Assembly: GCA_030390025.1 (NCBI GenBank)
Contig: CM059432.1
Location: 26,972,001 to 27,036,000 of the forward strand
DNA from: Squalus acanthias
Taxonomy: Eukaryota
DNA length: 64,000 nucleotides
Direction: 5' to 3'
Shown: piece after piece, positions 50,762 to 63,261 of the stretch
How the letters are laid out: each line of letters starts with the position of its first letter
How positions within the stretch are numbered: the first letter of the stretch is position 1
The notes under the pieces: generated by a model
What the model saw: only the letters and a program-made list of their open reading frames with translations
Databases searched by the model: none
What the model was told of the DNA's origin: nothing
Program-made: the position numbers and the translations under genes

Positions 50762-51080
50762 TAGATAGATCACAGAATCCCCACAGTGCAGATAGAGGCC
50801 ATTTCGGCCCATCGAGCCTGCACCGACACATATCCCACCCTATCCCCGTAACCCCACGTATTTAATCCCCCTAACACTAAGGGTCAATTTATAATAGCCA
50901 AATCAACCTAACCTGCACATCTTTGGACTGTGGGAGGAAACCGGAGCACCCGGAGGAAACCCACGCAGACACGGGGAGAATGTGCAAACTCCACACAGAC
51001 AGTCACTCGAGGCCGGATTCGAACCCGGGTCCCTGGCGCTGTCAGGCAACAGTGCTAACCACTATGCCACCGTGTTGCCC
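50762..51080 (-). mobile_element. HE1 / V-SINE
   Basis: tRNA head GGTGGCATAGTGGTTAGCAC..GGTTCGAATCC; V-domain GTGTGGAGTTTGCACATTCTCCCCGTGTCTGCGTGGGTTTCCTCCGGGTGCTCCGGTTTCCTCCCAC; CR1-type tail. Confidence 0.9.
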
Positions 51081-51209
51081 TAAATGGTCAACAGATGCCA
51101 TATTTTTCCACGGGAATGGGATTAAAATACGGGGAGAGAGCATCTTCTTTGGTTACTCCTGTGCTGCTCCCTGCAGCAGATTTCAGAACGGCCCAAGGCA
51201 CTGTGGCTC

Positions 51210-54200
51210 AGAAGGCTATCCAAGGGGGGGGGGGGGAGAGCAGAATAGAAATGTGGTAGTGATAGGGGATTCTATAATTAGGGTGATGGATAGCGTCCTC
51301 TGCAGCCACGAATGTGAATCCCGAAGGGTGTGTTGCCTACCCAGTGCCAGGGTAAGGGATATCTCGTGGCGGCTGGAGAGGAATTTGGAAAGGGAGGTGG
51401 GAAATCCAGTTGTCGTGGTCCATGTCGGAACAAACAATATAGGTAGGAACAGAGAGGAGGTCCAGCTGAGGAAGTATCTGGAGTTAGGAGCTAAATTAAA
51501 AAGCAGGACCTCGAGGGTAATAATCTCTGGATTATTGCCCGAGCCACGTGCAAATTGGCATAGAAACAGTCAGATCAGGAGAATTAACGTGTCTAAAGGG
51601 CTGGTGTGGGAAAGGGGTTCCTTTTCATGGGACACTGGCACCAGTACTGGGACAGGAAGGAGCTGTACCAATGGGACAGGCTCCACCTGAACCGGGATGG
51701 TACCCGTGTCCGAGCAGAAAGGGTAAATAGGGAGGTGGCAAAGAATTTAAACTAGTAAGACGGGGGGGGGGGAGGGGGGGTAATGAAACCAGCCTAAATA
51801 TAAACAAAACGGGAAAGGAGAGCATAGGAAAGAATAAAGAGTGAGGGAGGACATTGATGGCCAGTGAATAAATAGAGTTCTAGAACAGGAGTGTAAAAAG
51901 ATGGTTAAAAATAAAATGAGAGGAACTGCTATTCAAAATGAGTTAAACTGTCTGTACAGCAATGCACACAGTGTCCGTAATAAAACAGGGAACTGGAAGC
52001 AATAATACGTTGCGAGGGACCAGATATAGTAGGGGTTACTGAGACATGGCTACAGAAAAGTCAGGACTGGAAATTAAACATTGCAGGCTATAACATATTT
52101 AGAAAAGATAGAGTGGGGGGGGGAAGGGGAGGTGGAGTAGGTGTACTTATTAACGATAACATAATGGCTGTAGAAAAAAGTGACACAGCTATCAGCAAGA
52201 CAAAAATAGAATCCATGTGGATAGAGATAAAAGATAATAAAGGATCAATCACACAAATAGGGGTAGTCTACAGACCACCTAATAGTGGAAGAGAGGTGGA
52301 GGAAGAAATATGCAGACAAATTAGGGAAATGAGTAAAAAACATAGAATAATAATCATGGGGGATTTCAACTACCCCGATATTAATTGGCCAGAAGAGGTA
52401 GGTAAAGGGGAAAAGGGAATGGAGTTCCTACATTGTGTACAGGACTCCTTTCTAACCCAATATGTAAGAAGCCCAACATTTGCTATTGGATCTAGTAATG
52501 GAGAATGAACCAGAGCAGATAAAATGAGTAAAAGTAGGGGAAAACTACGCAATAATGACCATAATATAATACGCTTTAAGATAATAATTGAGATGGACAT
52601 AAGTATGAAGAAGACCAGGGTAATAGACAAACAAGAACAAGCTAAACACTAATAGATGAATAAAGACATGAGAAAAATTGAGGGTAAGGAAAGAGGCATA
52701 CACTAAGTACATGGATAGCAAGGGAGAGCATGATGAGGGGGAATATGAAGAGATGAGGAGAGAAGTCAAAAAAAAATTAGGAAGGCAAAAAGGAACGATG
52801 AAATTAAATTATCAAGGAACATAAAACAAAATAGTAAAATATTTTACAGACACATGAATAAAAAATAAAAAAAGGAAAGTCAGGATGGGAATAAGGCCAC
52901 TAAGGGATGGACAGGATAATATCACAGGCAGCGATGGAGAGATGGCAGAAATATTAAATAATTACTTTGCTTCAGTATTTACCAGGGAGACAGAACAGGT
53001 GGACATGACATCGGTTAGAAATGAGATAACTGCATTTAAAATAAAAAGAGGAGAAATATTAAATAAACTAATCAAACTCAAAGAGGATAAGACCCCTGGT
53101 CCAGACGGATTACATCCGCGCATTTTAAAAGAATCTAGGGAAGAGATAGCAGATGCATTACTACACATATTTAATAATTTGTTAGAAAAAGGTGTTGTGC
53201 CAGAGGACTGATGTTCTATCTCCTTTTTTAAATATAGGTATTACATATCCAGGGAACTATAGACCAGTCAGCTTAACATCGGTGGTAGGAAAAATAATGG
53301 AATACCTATTAAAGGAGAAAATAGAAGAACATCTAGAAACCAAAAATATAAAATGAATAGTCAGCATGGATTGCAAAAGGGAAAGTCTTGCTTGACCAAC
53401 CTCATTGACTGTTTTGAGGAGGTAACAGTGAGAGTAGACAAAGGTAATGCAGTAGATGACATTTTAGAAGGATAGGCAGAAAGGAAAAGGAGGTGGGGTA
53501 GCTCTGGTAATAAAGGATGAAATCAGTACAGTAGTGAGAAATGATCTTGGCTCAGAAGATCAAGATGTAGAATCAGTTTGGGTGGAGATAAGAAATAATA
53601 AGGGAAAGAAGTCACTGGTGGGAGTAGTCTATCAGCCCCCTAACAGTAGCTACACTGTAGGACAGAGTATAAATCAAGAAATAATGGGGGCTTGTAAGAA
53701 AGGTACTGCAATAATCGTCGGTGATTTTAATCTTCATATAGATTGGACAAATCAAATTGGCAAAGGTAGCCTTGAGGACGAGTTCATAGAGTGTATTCAG
53801 GACAGTTTCTTAGAACAATATGTTGTGGAACCAACCAGGGAACAGGCTATTTTAGATCTGGTAATGTGTAATGAGACCGGCTTAATTAATGATCTCATAG
53901 TAAAGGATCCTCTAGGGAAGAGTGATCATAACATGATAGAATTTCACATTCAGTTTGAGGGTGAGAAACTTGGGTCTCAAACTAGTGTCTTAAACTTGAA
54001 TAAAGGCAATTACAAGGGTATGAAGACAGAGTTGGCTAAAGTGGACTGGGAAAATAGATTAAAAGGTAAGACGGTACATATGTTGTGGCAGACTTTTAAG
54101 GAGATATTTCATAACTCTCAACAAAGATATATTCCAGTGAGAAAGAAAGACTGTACGAGAAGGATGAACCATCCGTGGCTAACTAAGGAAGTTAAGGAGG

Positions 54201-54420
54201 GTATCAAATTGAAAGAAAAGGTATACAATGTTACGAAGATTAGTGGTAGGCCAGAATATTGGGAAATTTTTTAGAAACTTGCAAAGGATGATTAAAAAAT
54301 AATAAAGAGGGAGAAAATAGATTGAGAGTAAACTAGCAAGAAATATAAAAACAGACAGTCAGAGCTTCTACAAGTATATAAAAAGGAAGAGAGTAGCTAA
54401 AGTAAACGTTGGTCCCTTAG
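51210..54420 (+). mobile_element. CR1 LINE fragments (ORF1 SGNH esterase and ORF2; second EN segment from ~53460)
   Basis: VVIGDSIIR, VVVHVGTNN, VYRPP, GDFN, PGPDGLHP; the EN region restarts at ~53460. Confidence 0.85.
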
Positions 54421-55467
54421 AGGTACTCCTGATGCGGTCTGACCAAAGCTCAATACAACTGAAGCATAACTTTCTCCCCTTAGCTTCGCTAAGCACAGCT
54501 TAGAGGGAATATTGCCCCAACCCATGTGTCCCCAGCAGCCAATCAAAGAAAAAATCATTACTTACCTGAGTAGAATTGCGAGATCGCCAGTTGGGGAGCA
54601 TTTTCATTAAAAATCGCTATCTCGCGATTAAAACACGAGACTTGGCATTACTGCTGTAAACCAGACAAAACATCTGAGTAGCCATTTTGAATGTTAATCA
54701 AGCGACTGGAATCTATCTTGTATTTAGGTTATCATAGCTTTTAAGCATTTATTTAGAAACCTGGCAGTGAATTACTTAAAGTGCTGGAGGATATGAGTAC
54801 TTTAACAAAGATATACCCTTGAACCATTCTAAGTTACCATGATTGTTTTCATGCATTCCAGACAGCCATTATTAACATGAAACAGCAATGTAAGTACATT
54901 GGCCTAGAAATTGCGGTCGGACGCGTGCCTCTGGAGTTTATGAATTTACCTCCAGGCGTCAAAGCTGCAAAGAGTTGTGGTCTCGGGCCTCCAGGTGTAC
55001 GGCAGCATAAAGGCCCATGGATCCCAGGGATGCAGGCAGTTCGGAAACGTCCCTGGGATCACGTGGGCCTGGTCCTCCAATGACAAAAGAGGATTCCATT
55101 GCAATCATTTACGAAGGGAATCCCCTAATGATACGCATTGGAATTCCCAAATAATTATACAATTTACAGAATTCTAAAGATTATAAGTGTACTGAATTGT
55201 AATTTTATTCATATGTCCCTTCATTGCCGCAACCTCAATAAAAAAAATTAAATTTTTTGATAAATAATTTTAAACATCTTAATCCAGGCCAATATTTGCA
55301 TAAACTCATTTAAAGTGTATATGCATAATTTTGGATTTTTAAATGTTTTATTTAAGCCTTATGTATACCCTTACGCTGATGAAAGCAGGCCCTACGCCTG
55401 CTTTTACCAGCCATAAGAATTACATGGGCAATTGCTGTGCAGTTGTTGGGCATTGGAGGACCAGGCA

Positions 55468-55875
55468 GTGTCAGCAGTGGCTCAGTTGGTAGCACACTCG
55501 CCTCTGAGTCAGAAGGTTGTGGGTTCAAGTCCCACTCGAGAGACTGAAGCACAAAATCTAGGCTGTCACTGTCAGAGGTGCTATCTTTCGGATGAGATGG
55601 GAAACTGAGGCGGGCTCAAGTGGACATAAAGGATCCAATGGTGCTATATTGAAGAAGAGCAGGGGAGTTCTCCCCAGTGGTCTGGCCAATATTTATCCCT
55701 CAACCAACACCACTAAAGACAGATTATCTGGTCATTATCTCATTGCTGTTAGTGGGACAAATCAGCTGCTGTATTTCTTACATTACAACAGTTCAGAAGT
55801 ATGCCATTGACATAAAACTCTTTGGGATTTCCTGAGGTCGTGAAAGGCACTATATTAATGCAAGTTCTTTCTTTA
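55468..55875 (+). mobile_element. Deu-domain SINE
   Basis: GTGGCTCAGTTGG..GGTTCAAGTCC head, Deu core, tail. Confidence 0.78.
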
Positions 55876-56257
55876 TATGTAACAATTTAAAAGTAAACCA
55901 GCACAAATTTCACTATGTGACATAAGCCTTCTTCAGTTGGCTTGGTTACCATCGCTTTTAAGTATATACTTAGAAACCTAGCAGTGAATTACTTAAAACG
56001 ATTACAGATATGACGGACTGAAGAACATGAGTACTTTAAACTGATGCTTTTGCAAAAACTACATGTTTGTCCCTTGCAGTATCCCATTTTAAAACCAGGT
56101 TGCTTTGGCCATGATGCAGGTTCCCTCATGGCTGAGAAAATTGCCCAGTGTTTTAGTCCTAATTATTTTACGGTGCTTTTTCCCCCCCAACCCTACCACC
56201 ACCCCCCACCCCGACCTCCTCTCTTTCCCCTCTTCCCACCCCGCTCCTTCTTTAAAG

Positions 56258-56490
56258 GAAAATTATACTGGTACCAAGTCCACTATGACATGCACATTCG
56301 GACGCACACTCGGGAGCACCTGTACTACTGCTCTCAGTGCAGCTACTCCTCCATCACCAAGAACTGCCTGAAACGCCATGTCGTGCAGAAGCACAGCAAC
56401 ATCCAGCTGAGGTGCTCGGCCGAGGGATGCGGTTACACCACCGCGGACAAGTACAAGCTGCAAGCACACCAGAAGAACCACGGTGAGCTG
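56258..56490 (+). CDS. ZFAT: ZFAT exon 7 (zinc fingers)
   Basis: Pyrimidine tract and AAG acceptor. GKLYWYQVHYDMHIRTHTREHLYYCSQCSYSSITKNCLKRHVVQKH...DKYKLQAH; donor CTG|GTAAGT. 233 nt. Confidence 0.96.
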
Positions 56491-56729
56491 GTAAGTTCCT
56501 TACCCCCAACATGATTCTCCATGCCAAAAAGTGACGCAGCCAAGGAACACTGCTTCCAAATTGGCTCCAGGGTTTTGCATCAGGCAGCCAGGTTGTTTTT
56601 AACTTTTGAGTGGGCTATCTGTAAAAATTTTAAATTTAAACCATACATTAAATAAAACCAGTTTTTCCCAACCCCAGTTACAGGTGTGTCTCATGATGTG
56701 GAGATATTAGTCATTAAACTTTATTGGCT

Positions 56730-59070
56730 AAGTAGTGGCAGCTCTGTTGTCTCTGAGGTAGAAGGTCGTGGGTTCAAGCCCCACTCCAGGACTTAAGCAC
56801 ATAATCTAGGCTGACAAGTCAGTGCAGCACTGAGTGAGTGCAGAATTGTCAAAGGTGCCGTCTTTCGGATGAGATAAACTGAGGCGCTGTCCACCTGTTC
56901 AGGTGGTTGTAAAAGATTCCATGGCGCCATTTGAAGGAAGAGTTCTTCCTGGTGTCATGGCTAACATTTATCCCTCAACCAACGTCACTTAAAAACAAAT
57001 TAATTGAGTGTCAGCCGTGGCTCAGTTGGTAACACACTCGCCTCTGAGTCAGAAGGTTGTGGGTTCAAGTCCCACTCCAGAGCACAAAAATCTAGGCTGA
57101 CACTCCGGTGCAATGCTGAGGGTGTGCTGCACTGTCGGAGTTGGCTTCTTTCCGATGAGATGTTAAACTGAGGCCCCGTCTGCCCTTTTGGGTGGATGTG
57201 GAAGATCCCATGGCACTATTCGAAGAAGAGTGCAAATGCAACCCCACTATTTAAGAAAGGAGGGAGAGGGAAAATGGGGAAGTACAGACCAGTTAGCCTG
57301 ACATCAGTAGTAGGGAAAATGCTAGTATCTATTATTAAGGACACTTAGAAAATAATAATAGGATTGGGCAGAGTCAACACGGATTTATGAAAGGGAAATC
57401 GTGTTTGACAAATCTGTTGGAGTTTTTTGAGGTTGTAACGAACAGAATAGATAAGGGGGAAGCAGTGGATGTGGTGTATTTGGATTTTCAGAAGGCATTC
57501 GATAAGATGCCACACAAGAGGTTATTAAACAAAATTAGGGCTCATGGGATTGGGGGCAATATACCAGCATGGATTGAGGATTGGTTAACGGACAAAAAAC
57601 AGAGAGTAGGAATAAACGGGTCATTTTCGGGTTGGCAGGCTGTAACTAGTGGGGCACCGCAAGGATCAGTGCTTGGACCTCAGCTATTCACAATCTACAT
57701 CAATAATTTGGATGAGGGGACCAAATGTAATATATCTAAGTTTGCTGATGATACAAAGCTGGGTGGGAATGTAACTTGTGAGGAGGATGCAAGGAGGCTT
57801 CAAGGGGATATAGACAGGCTAAGTGAGTGGGCAAGATCATGGCAAATGGAATATAATGTGGAGAAATGTGAAGTTATCCACTTTGGTAGGAAAAATAGAA
57901 AAGCAGAGTATTTTTTAAATGATGAGAGATTGGGAAATGTTGGTGTTCAGAGGAACCTGGGTGTCCTCGTACACGAATCACTGAAAGTTAAGATGCAGGT
58001 ACAGCAAGCAATTAGGAAAGCAAATGGTATGTTGGCCTTTATTACAAGAGGATTTGAGCATAAGAGTAAAGATGTCTTACTGCAATTATATAGGGCCCTG
58101 GTGAGACCACACCTAGAGTATTGTGTACAGTTTTGGTCTCCTTACCTAAGGAAGGATATACTTGCCACAGAGGGAGTGCAACGAAGGTTCACCAGACTGA
58201 TTCCTGGGATGGGGGATTGTCCTATGAGGAGAGATTGAGTAGACTAGGCCTATATTCTCTAGAGTTTAGAAGAATGAGAGGTGATCTAATTGAAACATAC
58301 AAAATTCTTACAGGGCTTGACAGGGTAGATGCAGGGAGGATGTTGCCCCTGGCTGGGGAGTCTAGAACCAGTGGTCACAGTCTCAGAATAAGGGGTCGGC
58401 CATTTAGGACTGAGATGAGGAGAAATTTCTTCACTCAGAGGGTGGTGAATCTTTGGAATTCTCTACCCCAGAGGGCTATGGAAGCTCAGTTATTGAGTAT
58501 ATTCAAGACAGAGATCGATAGATTTTTGAATATTAAGGGAATCAAGGGATATGGGGATAGTGCAGGAAAGTGGAGATAAGGTAGAAGATCAGCCATGATC
58601 TTCTTGAATGGCGAAGCAGGCTCGAAGGACCAAATGGCCTACTCCTGCTCCTATTTCTTATGTTCTTATACTAAGAGCAGGGGAGTTATCTTTGGTGTCC
58701 TGGCCAATATTTATCCCTCAACCAACATCAATAAAACAGATGATCTGGTCATCATCACATTGCTGTTTGTGGGAGCTTGCTGTGTGCCAATTGCCTGCTG
58801 CGCTTTCTACATTACAACAGTGACTACACTTCAAAAACGTACTTCATTGGCTGTAAAGCGTTTTGGGAAGCCCTGAAGTCGTGAAAGGCGCTATATAAAT
58901 GCAAGTCTTTTTTTTCTTTATATCTCATTGCTGCTAACTGTGTGCAAATTTGGTTGCTACATTTGACTATATCACAACAGTGACTTTACTTCAAAAGTAA
59001 TTCATTAGCTGTGCAACACTTTGTAATGTCTTGAGGATGTAAAAGGTGCCAAATAAATACAAGTTTGTTT
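56730..59070 (+). mobile_element. Nested Deu-SINE copies interrupted by a young CR1
   Basis: SINE heads at ~56740 and ~57010; the body resumes at ~58672 (AAGAGCAGGGGAGTT); a second tail follows 58920. Confidence 0.72.
57231..58668 (+). mobile_element. CR1 LINE RT and 3' tail
   Basis: 283-aa open RT segment YLDFQKAFD, PQGSVLGP, KFADD; CR1 tail. Confidence 0.93.
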
Positions 59071-59439
59071 TTCTTTACTGCTTTTTCATCAGCAGCAAAG
59101 TAGCACTCAGAATGCAATCATTATCCCATTACCAATCCTGTCCCCTGTCTGTCCAGGTTGGACTTGGGGAAAAGAGGGAATTCAATAATCAGGCTAAATG
59201 GTCTGATGATCTTTTCATCAGGAAATGCTGCCTTTGTAATTTAAGTTCTTAATACCCAGAATAATCTTCATTGACCTCTTCATTGACTAATAACATCCTG
59301 CCTATCATTGAATGGCCAGAACTACACACAATGCTCCTATCTTTTAGAGCAAAAATACAATCTTGCTTATAGCTAAACTGTATGCCAGCTGTGACTGAAG
59401 GTATGATTCCCACTCCACCACAATGCTGTCTCTAATTTG

Positions 59440-60262
59440 TCAGACTACTTGTCCAACATCCAGTACTGGATGAACTAAATAATGGGAAGACCGAAGCCAT
59501 TGTCTTCAGTCCCCACCACAAACACCGTTCCCTAGCCACCGACTCCATCCCTCTCCCTAGCAACTGTCTGAGGCTCAACCAGACTGCTCGCAACCTTAGT
59601 TACGAGATGAGCTTCCGACCACATATCCGCTCCATCAGCAAGACCGCCTACTTATATCTCCGTAACATCGCTCGACTCTGCCTCTGCCTCAGCTCATATG
59701 CAGCTGAAACCCGCATCCATGCCTTTGTTATCTCTATACTTGACTCTTCCAACGCTCTCCTGGAAACCCTCCATAAACTTGAGCTCATCCAAAACTCTGC
59801 TGCCCGTATCCTAACTCGCACCAAGTCCCGTTCACCCATCACCCCAGTGTTCGCTGACCGATATTGGCAACGCCTCAATTTAAAAATTCTCTTTCTTGTT
59901 TTCAAATACCTCCCTAATCTGTAACCTACTCCAGCTCTACAACCTTCCGAGATCTCTGCGCTTCTCCAACTCTGGCCTCTTGCGCATCCCCTATTTTAAT
60001 CGCTCCACCATTGGCAACGGTCCTTTTAGCTGCCTAGGTCCTAAAGCTCTGGAAATCCCTCCCTAAACCTCTCCGCCTCTCTACCTCTCTTTCCTCCTTT
60101 AAGGCGCTCCTTAAAACCTACCTCTTTGGCCAAGCTTTTGGTCATCTGTCCTAATATTTCCTTATGTGGCTCGGTGTCAAATTTTGTTTGAAGACTCGCC
60201 TGCGAAACGTCCTGGGACATTTTACTGTGTTAAAGGCATTATATAAATGCAAGTTGTTGTTG
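59440..60262 (+). mobile_element. L2 LINE 3' fragment
   Basis: KTAYLYLRNIARL, IHAFVIS.LD, LIQNSAARILT, SPITPV; tail ATATAAATGCAAGTTGTTGTTG. Confidence 0.85.
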
Positions 60263-60948
60263 TTATAACTCCAGATTCAGGCACTGGTTCCACGCTGAGG
60301 AATGCCCAGCTCACTCTGCTTGAGATGCAATGATGTTTAATAATGCCCAGGGAATCCATTAAAAGCTGAGTTTTTAATAACAAATTTTGAGAAGCAGACA
60401 TTCCCACTCACACGACTGAAAATGTTGAAAATTCCAACCAGCAATGGAGCCATGTACATGTTTTAAGCACAGATATCAGCGATTCGCAGCCCTTAGTATA
60501 AATATGGAGCCACAGGCTGTGAGCTACTCAGACCAGTAATGCATTATCAATGCAGCATTAATTATTAGTGTCTACACTGACTCTTGGAAATGTTGATAAT
60601 TTCTATGTTGTCATTTAAATTAATCTCAGAATCTCATGCCCATATATGGTATTAGGAACATAGGAGCAGACTTTGATAACACAATAAAGAGTAATTTATT
60701 CAAGTTTACCGATGACCTAAAGATTGGGGGTATAGGAGATTGGTTAGGCGGTAGAAGACAGAGAGTAGGCATAATGGATATATACGCAAATTGGAAGGAA
60801 GTGACTAGTGGTGCCCACAAGGATCTGTGCTGGGGCCTCAACTATTCACTATAGTTAGTCGAAGTTTTATGAGTCTGCCCCTGAGGCAAGGGTGGTGCTG
60901 GTGTTCAGAAATGTGTTTACCTACAATCCCACTACCGTGAGATAAATA

Positions 60949-61075
60949 TGATGTGGAGATGCCGGTGTTGGACTGGGGTGGACAAATGTGAGAAGTCGCA
61001 CAACACCAGGTTATAGTCCAACAGCTTTATTTGAAATCACAAGCTTTCAGGAGCGCTGCTCCTTCGTCAGGTGAA
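60949..61075 (-). mobile_element. Short terminal element of a second Penelope-like family
   Basis: 12-bp TSD GTGAGATAAATA at 60937-60948 and 61076-61087; carries a hammerhead core. Confidence 0.7.
61037..61074 (-). ncRNA. Minimal hammerhead ribozyme, second sequence family
   Basis: Minus strand reads UCAC-CUGACGA-AGGAGC(AGC)GCUCCU-GAAA-GC-UU-GUGA, with palindromic AAGCUU. Confidence 0.75.
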
Positions 61076-61399
61076 GTGAGATAAATAGAGGGAAAGCAAT
61101 GCAAAGAATCTTGCTGCTGGATTCAGTGCCAGAGTTGACAACTGAGACAGTAGCTGATTATCATATGTTCCAAATGAAACAACTGAATCAGAGTTTAATC
61201 CCTAACCTTGGAAAGTGGGTGAAAAATAAACAGCCATCATAGAGTGCAAGATATTCTATTCATCCTGGCAATGAAGAGGGGCATGTGCATATTTCTTCTT
61301 TCAGAAATTGCACATCGCTTTGCCATAACAATTGCAAAATCATTTTTGTTCAGAAATTTTTACATTAGGCCATTTATACAGTGGGAAGATGGACAAGAG

Positions 61400-61825
61400 T
61401 GCAGCACGGCTGGAACACTATCTTGTGGGTTGTGGGTTCAAGCCCCACTCCAAGCTTCGAGCACATAATCTAGTTGTTACCTCAGTTTAGTACTGAGGGA
61501 TTACTGCATTGCTGGAAGTGCCGTTTTAGATGAGACGTTAAACCAAGGCCACGTCTATCCTTTCAGGTGGCAGCAAAGATCCTACGGCACTATTTCGAAA
61601 CCGGGCAGGAGAGTTTACCCGATGGCTTGGCCAACATTTATCCTTCAGCTACCAACACTATAAAACATATTATCTGGTCAGTTATCTCATTTCTATTTGC
61701 AGGGCCTTCCTGTGCTTCATTTTCTACATTACAAAGGGCCCACACTTCAAAAGTACTTCACCGTAAAGTGCTTTGGGACATCTTGACTTCGGAAAGATGC
61801 TATATATATGCAAGTTCTTTCTTTT
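61400..61825 (+). mobile_element. Deu-domain SINE, diverged
   Basis: GGTTCAAGCCCC, GATGAGACGTTAAACC, tail ATATATGCAAGTTCTTT. Confidence 0.7.
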
Positions 61826-63064
61826 CATTCTACGATTATCCCAAAAAACTGAGCTTCCACTTCCAATTGGAACTTTGTATGTCCTGCAGTGGACCTCCCT
61901 GATAATTTAGTTCATGACACTTCTTTTGGGTGAAAACATTGCACCAGACTCCCTTTCTTACTCCTAACTTCCACATTTTAACATGAATTCCACTGTCGTG
62001 CATAGTTTGCCTGGATAAATGTGGTCTTGTTCTTGATCTTCAAAATAGTTAAATTGCCTCTAATTGTTTTCCCATGAGCGCATGGTGAATCTATTGCTAC
62101 AGGTAGTAAAATTTCAGTCAAAATCTGTTATTACCACCCCCTCCCCAGCAGCTCAGTTGATCCTTTACTGAATGATGCCCAGGCTTCTCCTGAGACTTGA
62201 ATTAATATCCCCCAAATAAAAAAAAAATTGGAAAGGATAGAGCTTGGAAAATGTATAGGGTCATATCTTTAACTCTCAGTCTAGGCCGAGAAAATACCAT
62301 CAGGACATGCTATGGTGAAATGTGATGAAATCTTGCCTTTCTGTGCAGAGTTCTGCAGTGGGGCTTGGCTCATCAAAGTTGCTGAGGTCCCTTCTGCCTG
62401 TGGAGAGGCCAAGGTACCCTCTGCTTGTGGAAGTGGATGACAACACTAAATGAGACGACAACAAAGTGATTGTATTCATCCTTTCTGAATAATAAGACAA
62501 CGAGTCTTCATCTGAAACTGTACAATTACATTTCAAACAGTATATGATTATTAATGGTTGGGAATGAATGATGCCTTCATTTATTTAGGTGAATCATGAT
62601 TTATGAGTCTGCCTCTGTGGCAAGGGAGGTGCTGGTGTTCGGAAATGTGTTTATGTACAATTCACTATCGTGAAGGAAAGTAATGGAAAGAATCTTGCTA
62701 CTTGATTCAGCGCCAGCGTTAATAATTGAGATAGCTGATTATCACGTGTTCCAAATGAATTTATTAAAGTGACATCAGCCGCAGAACAAAGTTTAAGTGG
62801 TGTATGAATGTCATGTAATTTGATGTTGAATGGCAGCCTTATATTCACTGTTTTCCTTCTAATCATCCGTTAACCACATGACTCAATGTATTATTAATCA
62901 TTCAATTAGCAGGCGTCAATTAAATGCTGTCAGAGACTTTCATAAAATGTCAGGCAGCACAGCAATATTAACAACTGATAAATGGAGGACTTGTGGTTTC
63001 TAACAACTTGTGCTGGGGGCCAGACTTGATCCTGTGACATTACTATTAACTCTCCACATCCCAC

Positions 63065-63230
63065 CAATGTTCCCTGTAAGCTGCGCTTTGTTCTGCGCAG
63101 TCTGTTTCTTTTCATGCGTGGCCCCTTCAATTTCTGCGCATGTGAGGTATTTACAATGTAAAAGCCAGTGAGCGGCCTGCGCGGGACCTTTGAGATTACT
63201 GCGTGGCCATGCACCTTCGGGGGAATTTTG
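63065..63230. mobile_element. hAT-like MITE
   Basis: Ends CAATGTTCCCTGTAAG / CTTCGGGGGAATTTTG; 8-bp near-TSD CATCCCAC / GATCCCAC. Confidence 0.6.
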
Positions 63231-63261
63231 GATCCCACATGGAGGCATTTCACATGAGGTT

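Noticed and set aside
51010..51080. tRNA gene (also similar heads at ~7680, ~55470 and ~57010)
   Set aside because: These are tRNA-derived SINE heads continuous with SINE bodies.
56481..56490. Alternative donor ACG|GTGAGC 8 nt upstream of the exon 7 donor
   Set aside because: It would frameshift, and the adjacent CTG|GTAAGT is stronger and fits homology.
62349..62413. Possible ZFAT exon 8 (acceptor TTTCTGTGCAG, donor AAG|GTACCC)
   Set aside because: Its translation has no CxxC/H finger or similarity to the expected next exon, and the donor is weak. Exon 8 probably lies beyond the window.
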